30,476 nt of DNA from Thermoplasmatota archaeon (GTDB lineage: Archaea > Thermoplasmatota > Penumbrarchaeia > Penumbrarchaeales > Penumbrarchaeaceae). The position numbers and the translations under genes were made by a program. The notes under the pieces were generated by a model. The model made no database searches. It was given only the letters and a program-made list of their open reading frames with translations, and was not told the origin of the DNA. Position 1 is the stretch's first letter, and every line of letters begins with the position of its first letter. Shown piece after piece: positions 1-8,972 of the stretch. The stretch is from NCBI GenBank assembly GCA_965234725.1, contig CBDDUX010000078.1, positions 1 through 30,476 of the forward strand, written 5' to 3'.

Positions 1-49
1 CACTATTTAAAGAGACAAACGACTGGATGCTTTGAATTTCCTATATGAT

Positions 50-92
50 AAAAAATTAAAAAAAAAGGGAGTGACCAAATAAGGCCACTCCC
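50..92 (-). terminator. Intrinsic-type terminator (10-bp hairpin plus U tract)
   Basis: Minus strand reads GGGAGTGGCC-TTATTT-GGTCACTCCC-T9-AA-T6, starting 23 nt after the stop of the 116..3718 ORF. The one non-Watson-Crick pair is G.U on the minus strand only. Confidence 0.8.
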
Positions 93-115
93 AGATCCCA
101 GGATTTCTCTTGATA

Positions 116-3100
116 TCACTCTTTCTTGAAGGGCTGACAGGATACAAGATCTGCTGGTTGGATCCTCTGGAAACCGATCATTTCCAATACTTCATTTATC
201 GGTTCCAAGATATTCTCAGGGGATGGTATATCGAAGACAGCCGTATCCCCCTCATCCTGTGGTCCCATCTGGATCGATGCCCTTGAGGGGCCAACCTTGG
301 GCGTTGGTATATTACCCTTGCCAGGCCAGGAGTCTTTATCTGTGGGGTCTGTATGACTTCTGTATTCCATCACACAGTTCTTTCCATCCGAATCGTCATC
401 CTCCTCTCCGTCAGTGATACCATTTCTGTTGGTATCCTTCCGATCAGGATAGTATTTTCCCATATAGTAATCCTTGTTCACCTGCAATCCAAAGGGAACA
501 AAGGTCCTTCTGCCGGTAGTATCCGAGGTCCACCAGTGGCTAAACTTGGATTTATCCTCTTCCTTGTACTCATATATATAGCACTGGGGTTTGTTCCACA
601 TGGATCCGTTGAATAACTCCTCCCAGCCTCTGGGGAGAGAGTCGTTATCCTCGAACTGGTTGGGATCGGAAACATTGCTAATATAATCCGACACCCAGAC
701 CTCCCATCCATCAGGCATACCATCACCGTCGGAATCATCTCCTCCAATGAGGTTAAGAGAATAATCTGTCGGTGCCGGAGAGGTGGTTATCTCGTTAATG
801 CCATCATGATCAGGGTCCAACCCGAACTGGTATTCGTAAAGATTGATCCAGGGGAAGTAATAATAGACCAGCTCGAACTCTGTTTTCCCCTGATTGACAG
901 GTGTCCAAATGGCAAATACGAAACCATCGTGATCTGCATCCAGAGCCCAATCGGTGGGGTCCAACGGGTCCAGGACCGTTTCATATTTGAGGGTCTTATT
1001 GTTGAATATATAGGCTCCCCTGTTCTTATCATCCAGCTCCCAACCATCGGGCATCCCGTCACCATCGGTATCCCAGTTGAGGGGATTGGTGCCGTTCTTG
1101 TATTCTTCCCAGTTGTTGAGACCATCATTGTCAGGATCATCAAACACATCAGAGGCCTTGAGCGGATTCACTATCCAGAAATATCCGCCGATGGGAAGGT
1201 TCTGCCAGTAGTTTGTGGAATAGGTCTTATCATACCACATGATCATGTTCTTGGTCTCTGCAGACTTGATGACCTTTCCGTATCTGTATTCCCAACCGTC
1301 CGGAAGTCCGTCATAATCAGTATCCGGGATCGTTGGATTCACCCTATCGGTTGTGGACCAGACATCACCCAGTTCCTCATCTGAATAATCTCCATCGTTG
1401 TTGGCATCGTAATTGTCATTGCGGTTCCAATCGATCAACGGGAAGAAGTCCACCTGATTCTCAAGTCCATCCTCCATACCGTCATTATCCGTATCCGGAT
1501 CATTTGGGTCTGTTATCCATTCCCTGTAATTCGGGACATAGAAAAGCTCATCATAATCGGACATGAGATCATTGTCTGTATCCTTCTTGTTGGGATTGGT
1601 CCTTATCGTTCCGAGCTTTGACTGGGCCCATATATGGGTTGTATCGATCCCGAAAAGCTCGTCAACATCCATCCATCCATCCAGGTCAGTGTCCGGATTG
1701 GTTGCGTTGGTCTGGTCGAAGACCAATACCTCTCCCTCGGATTCATCGATCAGTCCATCACCGTCATCGTCGAACCCGTTGTCAGGGAGCTTGTACTTGG
1801 TCCTTCCTCTGGTCTCCTCCCAATCGTCCAACCTACGAGATTGGTTGCCTACCTGTCCTCCGATCTCAGTTCCTCCGAAATCGTTGTCGGAATCGGCAAG
1901 GGTCCCATTGGTGTAATAAATTGAAGCGAACTCAGGATCTATGAAGAAATTGTCTCCGATCAGCTCACCATAGAAACCGATCTTCAGCTCCTCACCGTCG
2001 GTCAGGCCATCTCCATCAGTATCCGGATCGTTCGGATTCGTTGATATTGGATACTGGAAGGTTCCGAGGAATTCCTCGAGGTTTGTCATGGTATCGGCGA
2101 TCCGTGTATAGATCACAAGGCCGTCCTCTGTAATATTCCACCAACCGTCGTTGTCCTCCTGAGCATCGTCTATCATAGGAGACACTGTAAACACGGTTTT
2201 CTTGGAATCAGAGATCCTGTCCTCAAGGTCCTCTTTTGTGTTCAAGGCGGGTTCCTGGGAAATGATCTTGGCATTGTATGCTTCCCAACCATCAAGCATG
2301 CCGTCTCCATCAGTATCAGGATTCTTTGGGTCCGTCTGGAACCAGAGAGTGTCCTTGTTGGGGAAGGCATTCTCAAGGTAATTGGGTAGACCGTCGTTGT
2401 CCAGGTCCTTGAATCTGTCAGTTGAGTTTAGGGGGTCGAGACCTGTTTCCAGTTCCCAACCATCGAACATACCATCACCATCGGAATCGGAAAGATAAGG
2501 TGATGTTTTAAAGTTGTTGATCCCGTTTCCATTCCAATCCACCGCGGACTTTGCATATTCCACATTCAGTTCGATGAAATCGTTCAGAATGTAAAGCTCA
2601 CCTGAAATGGCATTGAAATGTGAATCTGAATCCGTATCCCAGAGGAGTGGAGAAGTGTGATTCTCGTATTCCATCAGGTTGGTCAGATCATCCTGAAAGT
2701 AGATCTTTATCTCGGTCTTCTTTCCTCCTGCAACGGAGAAGGCATACCTGATGTCAATATCATATTTTGCATCATTGGGATTCAATGGCGAGATCATGGA
2801 TTTGCTCCATTCTATGGTCTGAGAGGATGAAACCTCAAGTATGGTTTTGGGGCCTATTACGGATGCTTCAAGAAGGTTGTTGATGGTCCCCTCGTAAACA
2901 ACAGTATCATCTCCATCAAAGAATAGTGTCTGAAGCTCTTTGGCGTAATACATCTCCCAACCATCATCAATACCATCAAGGTCGGTATCCCAAAGGGAAG
3001 GGTTAGTGGTTACCGGTTTGAATTCTGAAGGTAGATAAGGATTATACCTCTGATAATCATCGAAAATGTCGTTATCGATGTTTGTAGGATCCCCTAGTAT

Positions 3101-3718
3101 ACCATCACTTGGATCATCATAAAGATGGAATCCTCCCCTCATCCCGATATCCTGCCAGTCTGTCTCTGGGTTCAGCTCACCAAATACTGGATCACCCTTC
3201 TCGAAGGATTCAGTGGTGAAATTATATTCCACCCCACCAACATATTCCCTGAGATTGAAAAGCTCCTCTTGTTTATCAATGACCCCGTTGTTGTTCAGAT
3301 CGAAACCATCACCGTCCGGATTTTCGTCCCAATCATTGTAATTTGGGTCTATTGTCAACCTTTCTGTGATCGGATTTGGCCTGCTGTATAGAGCCTCCCA
3401 GCCATCCTCCATACCATCTCGATCTGAATCCGGCTGCCTCCAATCCGTTCCATAGATATAGTTCTCCTCTATGTCGGAGAGCTTATCGGGCCACGGTCTG
3501 TATTCATTATCGATCAGCCTTACATCGGAATCTGATTTTTTCACACCGACAAGGGACTTGTCAGCGTTTTCGTAAGGGGTCCCTTCTTCGATAGCACCAG
3601 TGTTCTCCCATGGGACGAAGAAATAGATGAAAATCATCCCTCCCACAGTGATGATCACAAGGCCCACAAGGACCGCCAGAAATTTCTGCATATCAAGCTT
3701 ATCTGCTATGGATACCAT
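116..3718 (-). CDS. Large N-terminally anchored or secreted protein with >20 DxDxDG (TSP3-like) calcium-binding repeats
   Basis: 1200-aa ORF with GGAGG at 3726-3730. N-terminal hydrophobic helix FLAVLVGLVIITVGGMIFIYFFV. Recurrent D[TS]DxDG[ML]xDGWE, DxDNDGLxNxxE and TNPxxxD motifs. Confidence 0.88.
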   Translation of the reverse strand: MVSIADKLDMQKFLAVLVGLVIITVGGMIFIYFFVPWENTGAIEEGTPYENADKSLVGVKKSDSDVRLIDNEYRPWPDKLSDIEENYIYGTDWRQPDSDRDGMEDGWEALYSRPNPITERLTIDPNYNDWDENPDGDGFDLNNNGVIDKQEELFNLREYVGGVEYNFTTESFEKGDPVFGELNPETDWQDIGMRGGFHLYDDPSDGILGDPTNIDNDIFDDYQRYNPYLPSEFKPVTTNPSLWDTDLDGIDDGWEMYYAKELQTLFFDGDDTVVYEGTINNLLEASVIGPKTILEVSSSQTIEWSKSMISPLNPNDAKYDIDIRYAFSVAGGKKTEIKIYFQDDLTNLMEYENHTSPLLWDTDSDSHFNAISGELYILNDFIELNVEYAKSAVDWNGNGINNFKTSPYLSDSDGDGMFDGWELETGLDPLNSTDRFKDLDNDGLPNYLENAFPNKDTLWFQTDPKNPDTDGDGMLDGWEAYNAKIISQEPALNTKEDLEDRISDSKKTVFTVSPMIDDAQEDNDGWWNITEDGLVIYTRIADTMTNLEEFLGTFQYPISTNPNDPDTDGDGLTDGEELKIGFYGELIGDNFFIDPEFASIYYTNGTLADSDNDFGGTEIGGQVGNQSRRLDDWEETRGRTKYKLPDNGFDDDGDGLIDESEGEVLVFDQTNATNPDTDLDGWMDVDELFGIDTTHIWAQSKLGTIRTNPNKKDTDNDLMSDYDELFYVPNYREWITDPNDPDTDNDGMEDGLENQVDFFPLIDWNRNDNYDANNDGDYSDEELGDVWSTTDRVNPTIPDTDYDGLPDGWEYRYGKVIKSAETKNMIMWYDKTYSTNYWQNLPIGGYFWIVNPLKASDVFDDPDNDGLNNWEEYKNGTNPLNWDTDGDGMPDGWELDDKNRGAYIFNNKTLKYETVLDPLDPTDWALDADHDGFVFAIWTPVNQGKTEFELVYYYFPWINLYEYQFGLDPDHDGINEITTSPAPTDYSLNLIGGDDSDGDGMPDGWEVWVSDYISNVSDPNQFEDNDSLPRGWEELFNGSMWNKPQCYIYEYKEEDKSKFSHWWTSDTTGRRTFVPFGLQVNKDYYMGKYYPDRKDTNRNGITDGEEDDDSDGKNCVMEYRSHTDPTDKDSWPGKGNIPTPKVGPSRASIQMGPQDEGDTAVFDIPSPENILEPINEVLEMIGFQRIQPADLVSCQPFKKE

Positions 3719-3776
3719 ACTATTGCCTCCACGGACTAAAGGGTTGGCTCAATATATCGCCCTGAAATGACCATTC

Positions 3777-3792
3777 CCGTATTAAACCTTTT
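3777..3792 (-). promoter_or_regulatory. Putative BRE-TATA promoter for the 1200-aa gene
   Basis: Minus strand AAAAGG-TTTAATA-CGG, about 60 nt upstream of the ATG. Nearly identical to AAAGG-TTAATA-CGG upstream of pheT. Confidence 0.55.
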
Positions 3793-3931
3793 GGAGCTGG
3801 CCAGCATTGCCTGGCCATACCGATTTTCATTCCTTACCCTCGGGTTGATATATGATTTCCTCTTAGTAATTATATAAGCTTGTGCCTCACATGAGAAGGG
3901 AATCTGAGTAACCTGGACCAAAGATGTGGTA

Positions 3932-6900
3932 TTATAAGTCTTCTGGAAGGGACGGAGGGGGTGGAATACTGGATCTTTGATCTTCAGGGGGAGGGTTCTC
4001 TTTCTCGATCTCAGGGTCTAAGGTCTGAGGAACAACTCCATTGTCCATAGAATGTTCGCTGTCTTCCTCCAGAACAGGTTCGGATCCCATTTTCACTGTA
4101 TCCAAACTCCCTTCTTTTGGGATAGGTGCATCGAATCCTGGGAATCCTCCTTCCTGAGATGGAGCTTCCTGGACATCCATGGCAGGGGGTTGATAGAAAG
4201 GTATCTGAACCTCACTAACTGAAACAGGAGGTTCCTGCCATATTCCAGTGGGATTTTGATCCAAGCGTTCTCCTCCCTGAATGTTTTGGCCATCAACCAA
4301 TCCAACCGTATCGGATCCACCGGATCCAATGGTAGAGTAATCTTCTTGTCCTTGATTAGCTGGTGGGAGAGCCTCCATTCTAGCTGGTGGTATCGATGGA
4401 TACTGTTCGATCCCGGGAGGCATCATCTGATAACCCGTCTGTGTATAGGATGGAACGGCCACAGCAACACCAATTGGCTTGTTCCTCTTCTTCATCACCA
4501 GGAATACAAGGGTAAATAGGACCGCAAGTACCATTATTAGAAGAGCTAAAATAAAGAGTATCTGGGGAAGGTCAGTATATTTTCCTTGAGGGTGGTCCCC
4601 TGGATCCATTGGATCGAAAGAAGAGTCAACCTCCTCTCCATCCTTCCATCCATCCTCATCGGAATCTGGATTCCGTGGATTCAGCTTCTTCCCAAGATCT
4701 TTGAAGAATGTGAACTCTTCCAGATTGGTCAGTCCATCTTTATCTGGATCCTCTTCGGCATCAGAGGGGTCGGACGGATCAAGTCCATAGAGTCTTTCCC
4801 AGGAATCATCCATTTTATCATCGTCCATATCTGGGTCCGGATCAGGCCCAGTTACTGTGAGGAATGCAGTCACCTCTTCAGAGAAAGATCCGCCATCGCT
4901 TACCAAAAGTGTTGCTGTATAGGAGCCTCCAGTTGGATAAGTGTGCTCGATGATCCGCTGGTCGCGTCCTTCAACCGGGTCGGTCCCATCACCGAAATCC
5001 CAGATATAGTTCAGGGGATCACCATCCTCATCCGAAGCCTCACCAGTTGTGAACCTTACAGTGAGGTTCCCATCCTCTACCTCAGGATAGATGTTTTCGC
5101 AGATCGGAGCATCGTTGATATTCTCTATGATGATCTTGCATATCCCCCAATCCGATCCAAGTGAAAGATCGCTAACAGTGATATTGACCTCCCATTCCCC
5201 ATTCATCTTCTCACTGATAGCCTTTATTACAAGTCTTCCAGATAACGGATCGAACTCAATTGCATTTGGTGGGGAGGCCTGAGACAGAGGTCCTATGTCG
5301 TAGCTGAAATAGAGCTGATCACCATCATCCAGGTCCGGATCGAACACTGATGGTGTGATATAAAGGTACTCGCCTTCAATGGTGGTCCTCAAGGCCGGCA
5401 CAGAAATTATAGGTCTATCGTTCCTGTTCTCAACGTTTATAACTACATCAATTTCAGCCTTTCCACCTCTTCCATCATTGACCTTTAAGTTGAGGATCAT
5501 CTCCGGAACATCTCCGTCCCCTGGGATCATCCACATCTCTCCAGAGGAATGGTTTATCCAATAATTGATACCGGGGACAGGGTGGGACATAACTTCAGGG
5601 AGGTCCCAGTCAAAATACAGGACATCGTTCTGGTCGATATCCTCTGCGAGGATATCAAGTGTAATATTTTCGTTCTGTTCGGCATCCAGGGTTAGGTATA
5701 CTGTCCCCTCGTTGATGGACCTCGTACCTACCCTCTTGATCACAGGTGGATCATTTATATCCGTAACCTTAACGATCACATCAAGTAATACTGATTTGGA
5801 AAATGTTCCACTGTCTGTCGCATTCAAGGTAAGGTGGAATGTTCCATGTCGGTCCTTCTTGGGAGTGACCCTTAAAACATACGGACCTTGGGGTGAAGCC
5901 TTTGTGATAACGGCTGCAAGGTCGCTATCACTATAGGTCTTGGACCATTCACCCTTCGTGTTGAGGATATTGAATTCGAACTGTGTCAAGGGATCAGGGT
6001 CAGTAAATAACGGACCGATCTCGACCTCATAGGTCTCATCATCCTCTTCCATCTCAATGAGATAGGTATCTCCAACCGATGAGGATGGCGGAAGGTTATC
6101 ATCTATAATTACAACGAATGATCCAAGACCTGTTGGTTCCTGAGTCGCCCAATCCTCTCCGTCATAGGCCGAGAAGTTCATAGTATGGGCCTTATCCTTA
6201 CCGATAAGGGATCCGGGAAGAGAGATACCATAATCCACACCAAGGGTATTGTCCTGTCCCGATCCGTTTATTGGAGATAACTCCCTGAATGGTGATCCAT
6301 CCTTCCAGAGCCAGATCTGTTCGGGAGTCTGGTTGTTCACATCGAAATACCTGACGGAGAAATTGAACATCTCATTGGACCTTCCGCTCTTCGGAACCAC
6401 TGCACCATTTCTTAGGATAGGTCTGTTATTGGGAATATCTGCGGTGATCGAACCCGTTATGGAGTATGCAGAATTGCCATCAACGGAAGTATACTGTTTG
6501 TTATTGAGATTTGGACTCTTCGCATCAAGTCCATAGGTCTGCATCACCATTCCAATGATGATCTTGGTGCAGTTCTTATTGATCTTAAGATTGTAGGGTG
6601 CCGCTTTCAACCCGGCACTTTGAAATGTAGGGTTCGGGGAGACCTTGATTATCTCTTCTGTGAACTGGTCCGGATAGGTCCTGGAGTTGTATCTGATGTA
6701 GAGGTCCACCTCGATCCCGTAGTTTGTGGAACCGCCACTGTCGTTTGGAGTTGGATTGCTGAAGGACAGGGTCATGTCCACATCGGTGGGATGTATAGGA
6801 TTAGGGGCAGATATCTCGTACCAATCCATCAGGTCCTGGTTCTGGTCAATGCTTTCCGAATGTGGAAGGGTGAGTTGTTGAGGTTGGTCCTCATCGTTGT

Positions 6901-7504
6901 TGCTGTCAGCAGGAGATTCGGATGATATTGAAATGGTAAGGTTGTAAGCTATCGTCCCAGATATTGGATATGCAGGGTTGGTCCCGTTCTGTGCCTGCAC
7001 CGCAATTCCATAAAGGCCAGAATAAGATGCATCGGCCAGGACGTCCCCTGTATTGAAAAGACCATCCTGGTCCCAGTACCTGAGATGGACGAGGTTTGCA
7101 TCGTAGTTGTTGCCAGCGAGGTTGTCATCCGGATAGAAAGCGTAGATTATCACGAATACGATATCATACCAGTAATTAGTGTCAATATAACCTTTACTTA
7201 TGGTGATCCTGTCGACAGTGGGACCGTTCCCACCATTCAGTTGTACATAAAACAGGTCATTATCGGTGGCAGAAAGGTTCCCATGGAGTTCATATCTTCC
7301 ATAGGAAGAAGGAAGCTGATCCGCCGTGGTCCACTGATTGTTGCTCTCTGTCTCATCCACAATTGTCCTGGTGGGTCCTGCCATCGCTCCCATTTCCTTA
7401 CCGAAGTCATTTAAGCCGGCACTTGGGATTGAGGAGATGGGTAGCAAGAAAGAGACCACTAGCAATAGAGTTATCGCGATTGAGGGATGGTGCCTGCTGA
7501 ACAT
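3932..7504 (-). CDS. Single-pass cell-surface protein: signal peptide, cadherin/Ig-like repeats, PKD domain, TSP3-like repeats, TM helix, Pro/Glu-rich tail
   Basis: 1190 aa with a hydrophobic N-terminus. Cadherin-like linkers VTDINDPPVI, VENRNDRPII and IENINDAPI. PKD motif YIWDFGDG..HTY..GSYTATLLVSD. DPDKDGLTNLEE repeats. TM ILFILALLIMVLAVLFTLVFLV followed by KKR. Confidence 0.88.
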   Translation of the reverse strand: MFSRHHPSIAITLLLVVSFLLPISSIPSAGLNDFGKEMGAMAGPTRTIVDETESNNQWTTADQLPSSYGRYELHGNLSATDNDLFYVQLNGGNGPTVDRITISKGYIDTNYWYDIVFVIIYAFYPDDNLAGNNYDANLVHLRYWDQDGLFNTGDVLADASYSGLYGIAVQAQNGTNPAYPISGTIAYNLTISISSESPADSNNDEDQPQQLTLPHSESIDQNQDLMDWYEISAPNPIHPTDVDMTLSFSNPTPNDSGGSTNYGIEVDLYIRYNSRTYPDQFTEEIIKVSPNPTFQSAGLKAAPYNLKINKNCTKIIIGMVMQTYGLDAKSPNLNNKQYTSVDGNSAYSITGSITADIPNNRPILRNGAVVPKSGRSNEMFNFSVRYFDVNNQTPEQIWLWKDGSPFRELSPINGSGQDNTLGVDYGISLPGSLIGKDKAHTMNFSAYDGEDWATQEPTGLGSFVVIIDDNLPPSSSVGDTYLIEMEEDDETYEVEIGPLFTDPDPLTQFEFNILNTKGEWSKTYSDSDLAAVITKASPQGPYVLRVTPKKDRHGTFHLTLNATDSGTFSKSVLLDVIVKVTDINDPPVIKRVGTRSINEGTVYLTLDAEQNENITLDILAEDIDQNDVLYFDWDLPEVMSHPVPGINYWINHSSGEMWMIPGDGDVPEMILNLKVNDGRGGKAEIDVVINVENRNDRPIISVPALRTTIEGEYLYITPSVFDPDLDDGDQLYFSYDIGPLSQASPPNAIEFDPLSGRLVIKAISEKMNGEWEVNITVSDLSLGSDWGICKIIIENINDAPICENIYPEVEDGNLTVRFTTGEASDEDGDPLNYIWDFGDGTDPVEGRDQRIIEHTYPTGGSYTATLLVSDGGSFSEEVTAFLTVTGPDPDPDMDDDKMDDSWERLYGLDPSDPSDAEEDPDKDGLTNLEEFTFFKDLGKKLNPRNPDSDEDGWKDGEEVDSSFDPMDPGDHPQGKYTDLPQILFILALLIMVLAVLFTLVFLVMKKRNKPIGVAVAVPSYTQTGYQMMPPGIEQYPSIPPARMEALPPANQGQEDYSTIGSGGSDTVGLVDGQNIQGGERLDQNPTGIWQEPPVSVSEVQIPFYQPPAMDVQEAPSQEGGFPGFDAPIPKEGSLDTVKMGSEPVLEEDSEHSMDNGVVPQTLDPEIEKENPPPEDQRSSIPPPPSLPEDL

Positions 7505-7549
7505 GGTGATGCCCTCTATTGAACTTCAGGTCCAATACACCCTGTATCG

Positions 7550-7563
7550 ATTATAATTTTTTG
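7550..7563 (-). promoter_or_regulatory. Putative BRE-TATA promoter
   Basis: Minus strand CCAAAAAATTATAAT about 46 nt upstream of ATG 7504. Confidence 0.45.
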
Positions 7564-7612
7564 GTCTATCGATGCCATTAAGGATGTCAAATGGTGGTAA
7601 ATGGAACAATTA

Positions 7613-8929
7613 TCATGGATAAGCCCTTGTGATCGTTCTGGGAAACGGGATGGCATCCTTGATGTTGTCCAGCTTGCAGATCCAAGCGATCAACCTTTCC
7701 ACCCCCAATCCGTATCCGGAATGCTGGACCGAACCATACCTCCTCAGATCGAGATACCAATCATAGTTCTCAACGTTCTCCCCTTCCTTTTCAAGGGCCT
7801 CTTTCAGGCTCTCGATATCAATATCCCTTTCTGACCCACCCACGATCTCCCCGTACCCGGATGGAGCAAGGACATCGAAACATTTGGCAACTGGACCCGG
7901 TGCATCCCCGTCTTCTTTAATGGGTTTGTAGAATGCCATGGCCTCCTTGGGATATTCTACAACGGCAACAGGAGTATCGAAATGTTTCATGAGCTCCTCT
8001 TCCTCCACCGTTCTCAGGTCTTTACCCCATTGGACTTCCATTCCACCTTTCTCTTTGAGAATGTTCAGGGCCTGTGTGTATGTTATGACTGGCCATTCCT
8101 TTTCAAGGATCTCTTCGAAGCGCTGAGGTTCCGCTTCCAGAACCTCAAGGTCCTCCATGTTCCTCTCAAGGACCTGTGATATTATGAACTTGACCTCTTC
8201 CAAGGCGATCCCAGCAGCCTCAAGGTACCCCATCCAGGCAGCTTCCATCTCTGCCATCCAGAATTCACTGAGATGTCTTGATGTCTTTGATTTCTCCGCT
8301 CTGAATGTGGGAGAGACATCGTATATCTTCTCCAGTGAGAAGATCGCCGCTTCTGCATATAGCTGCCAGGTCTGTGTCAGATAGATGATACTGTCATAGT
8401 ATTTGACCTCGAAAAGGGTGGAACCCCCTTCAGCTTGATTAGGAGTGAATATCGGTGGTGTGAATTCGTGATATCCTCTTCCTCTGAAGAATTCATGGAT
8501 AGCCCCTGTCACGGTCGATCTGATCTTCAATATGGCGTTCATTTTCCTTGATCTGATCCAGAGGTGTCTTTTCTCTCTGAGGAACTCCTCGGATTGGTCC
8601 TTTGTGATAGGGAACCTCTCGGCCTTAGAGATCGTAACGACCTCCGAGATATGGACCTCATGACCACCGGGGGCTCTTTCATCCTTATGAATAGTACCTC
8701 TCACTGAGACGGATGATTCCACCGGAAGGTCCTTGGATGCATCAAAGACCTCATCACCCAGATCATTTCTTGAAGCAACACACTGGATTATCCCGGTCGA
8801 ATCCCTCAGGATTATGAAAAGCATCTTGTTGCTGCCTCTTGTCCTGTATATCCAACCTCTAAGGTGAACTTCCTTACCCTCATTCTCGGAAGCTTTGGAT
8901 CCGCTGATACTTAAGTAACCTTCATCCAT
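7613..8929 (-). CDS. asnS: Asparagine--tRNA ligase (class II, archaeal type)
   Basis: OB-fold start LRGWIYRTR..FIILRDSTG. EGGSTLF..YLTQTWQLY. Motif 2 FRAEKSKTSRHLSEFW, GYGEIVGGSER, motif 3 HSGYGLGVER. Start reassigned to ATG 8929 (MDEGY, 438 aa), which follows GAGGTG at 8936-8941. Confidence 0.93.
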   Translation of the reverse strand: MDEGYLSISGSKASENEGKEVHLRGWIYRTRGSNKMLFIILRDSTGIIQCVASRNDLGDEVFDASKDLPVESSVSVRGTIHKDERAPGGHEVHISEVVTISKAERFPITKDQSEEFLREKRHLWIRSRKMNAILKIRSTVTGAIHEFFRGRGYHEFTPPIFTPNQAEGGSTLFEVKYYDSIIYLTQTWQLYAEAAIFSLEKIYDVSPTFRAEKSKTSRHLSEFWMAEMEAAWMGYLEAAGIALEEVKFIISQVLERNMEDLEVLEAEPQRFEEILEKEWPVITYTQALNILKEKGGMEVQWGKDLRTVEEEELMKHFDTPVAVVEYPKEAMAFYKPIKEDGDAPGPVAKCFDVLAPSGYGEIVGGSERDIDIESLKEALEKEGENVENYDWYLDLRRYGSVQHSGYGLGVERLIAWICKLDNIKDAIPFPRTITRAYP

Positions 8930-8972
8930 GGATGACACCTCAGGGTCGATCGACCACCTCATTGCGGGACCT

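Noticed and set aside
3736..3921. 61-aa minus-strand ORF in the intergenic gap
   Set aside because: Non-ATG start without an RBS, no motif, and it runs over promoter-like elements.
116..7504. Recurrent DNA words such as CCATCATC, TCCCAACC and GTATCCGG as a possible repeat array or CRISPR
   Set aside because: They are explained by degenerate coding of Asp-Gly and Gly-Trp-Glu protein repeats. There is no constant repeat-spacer periodicity.
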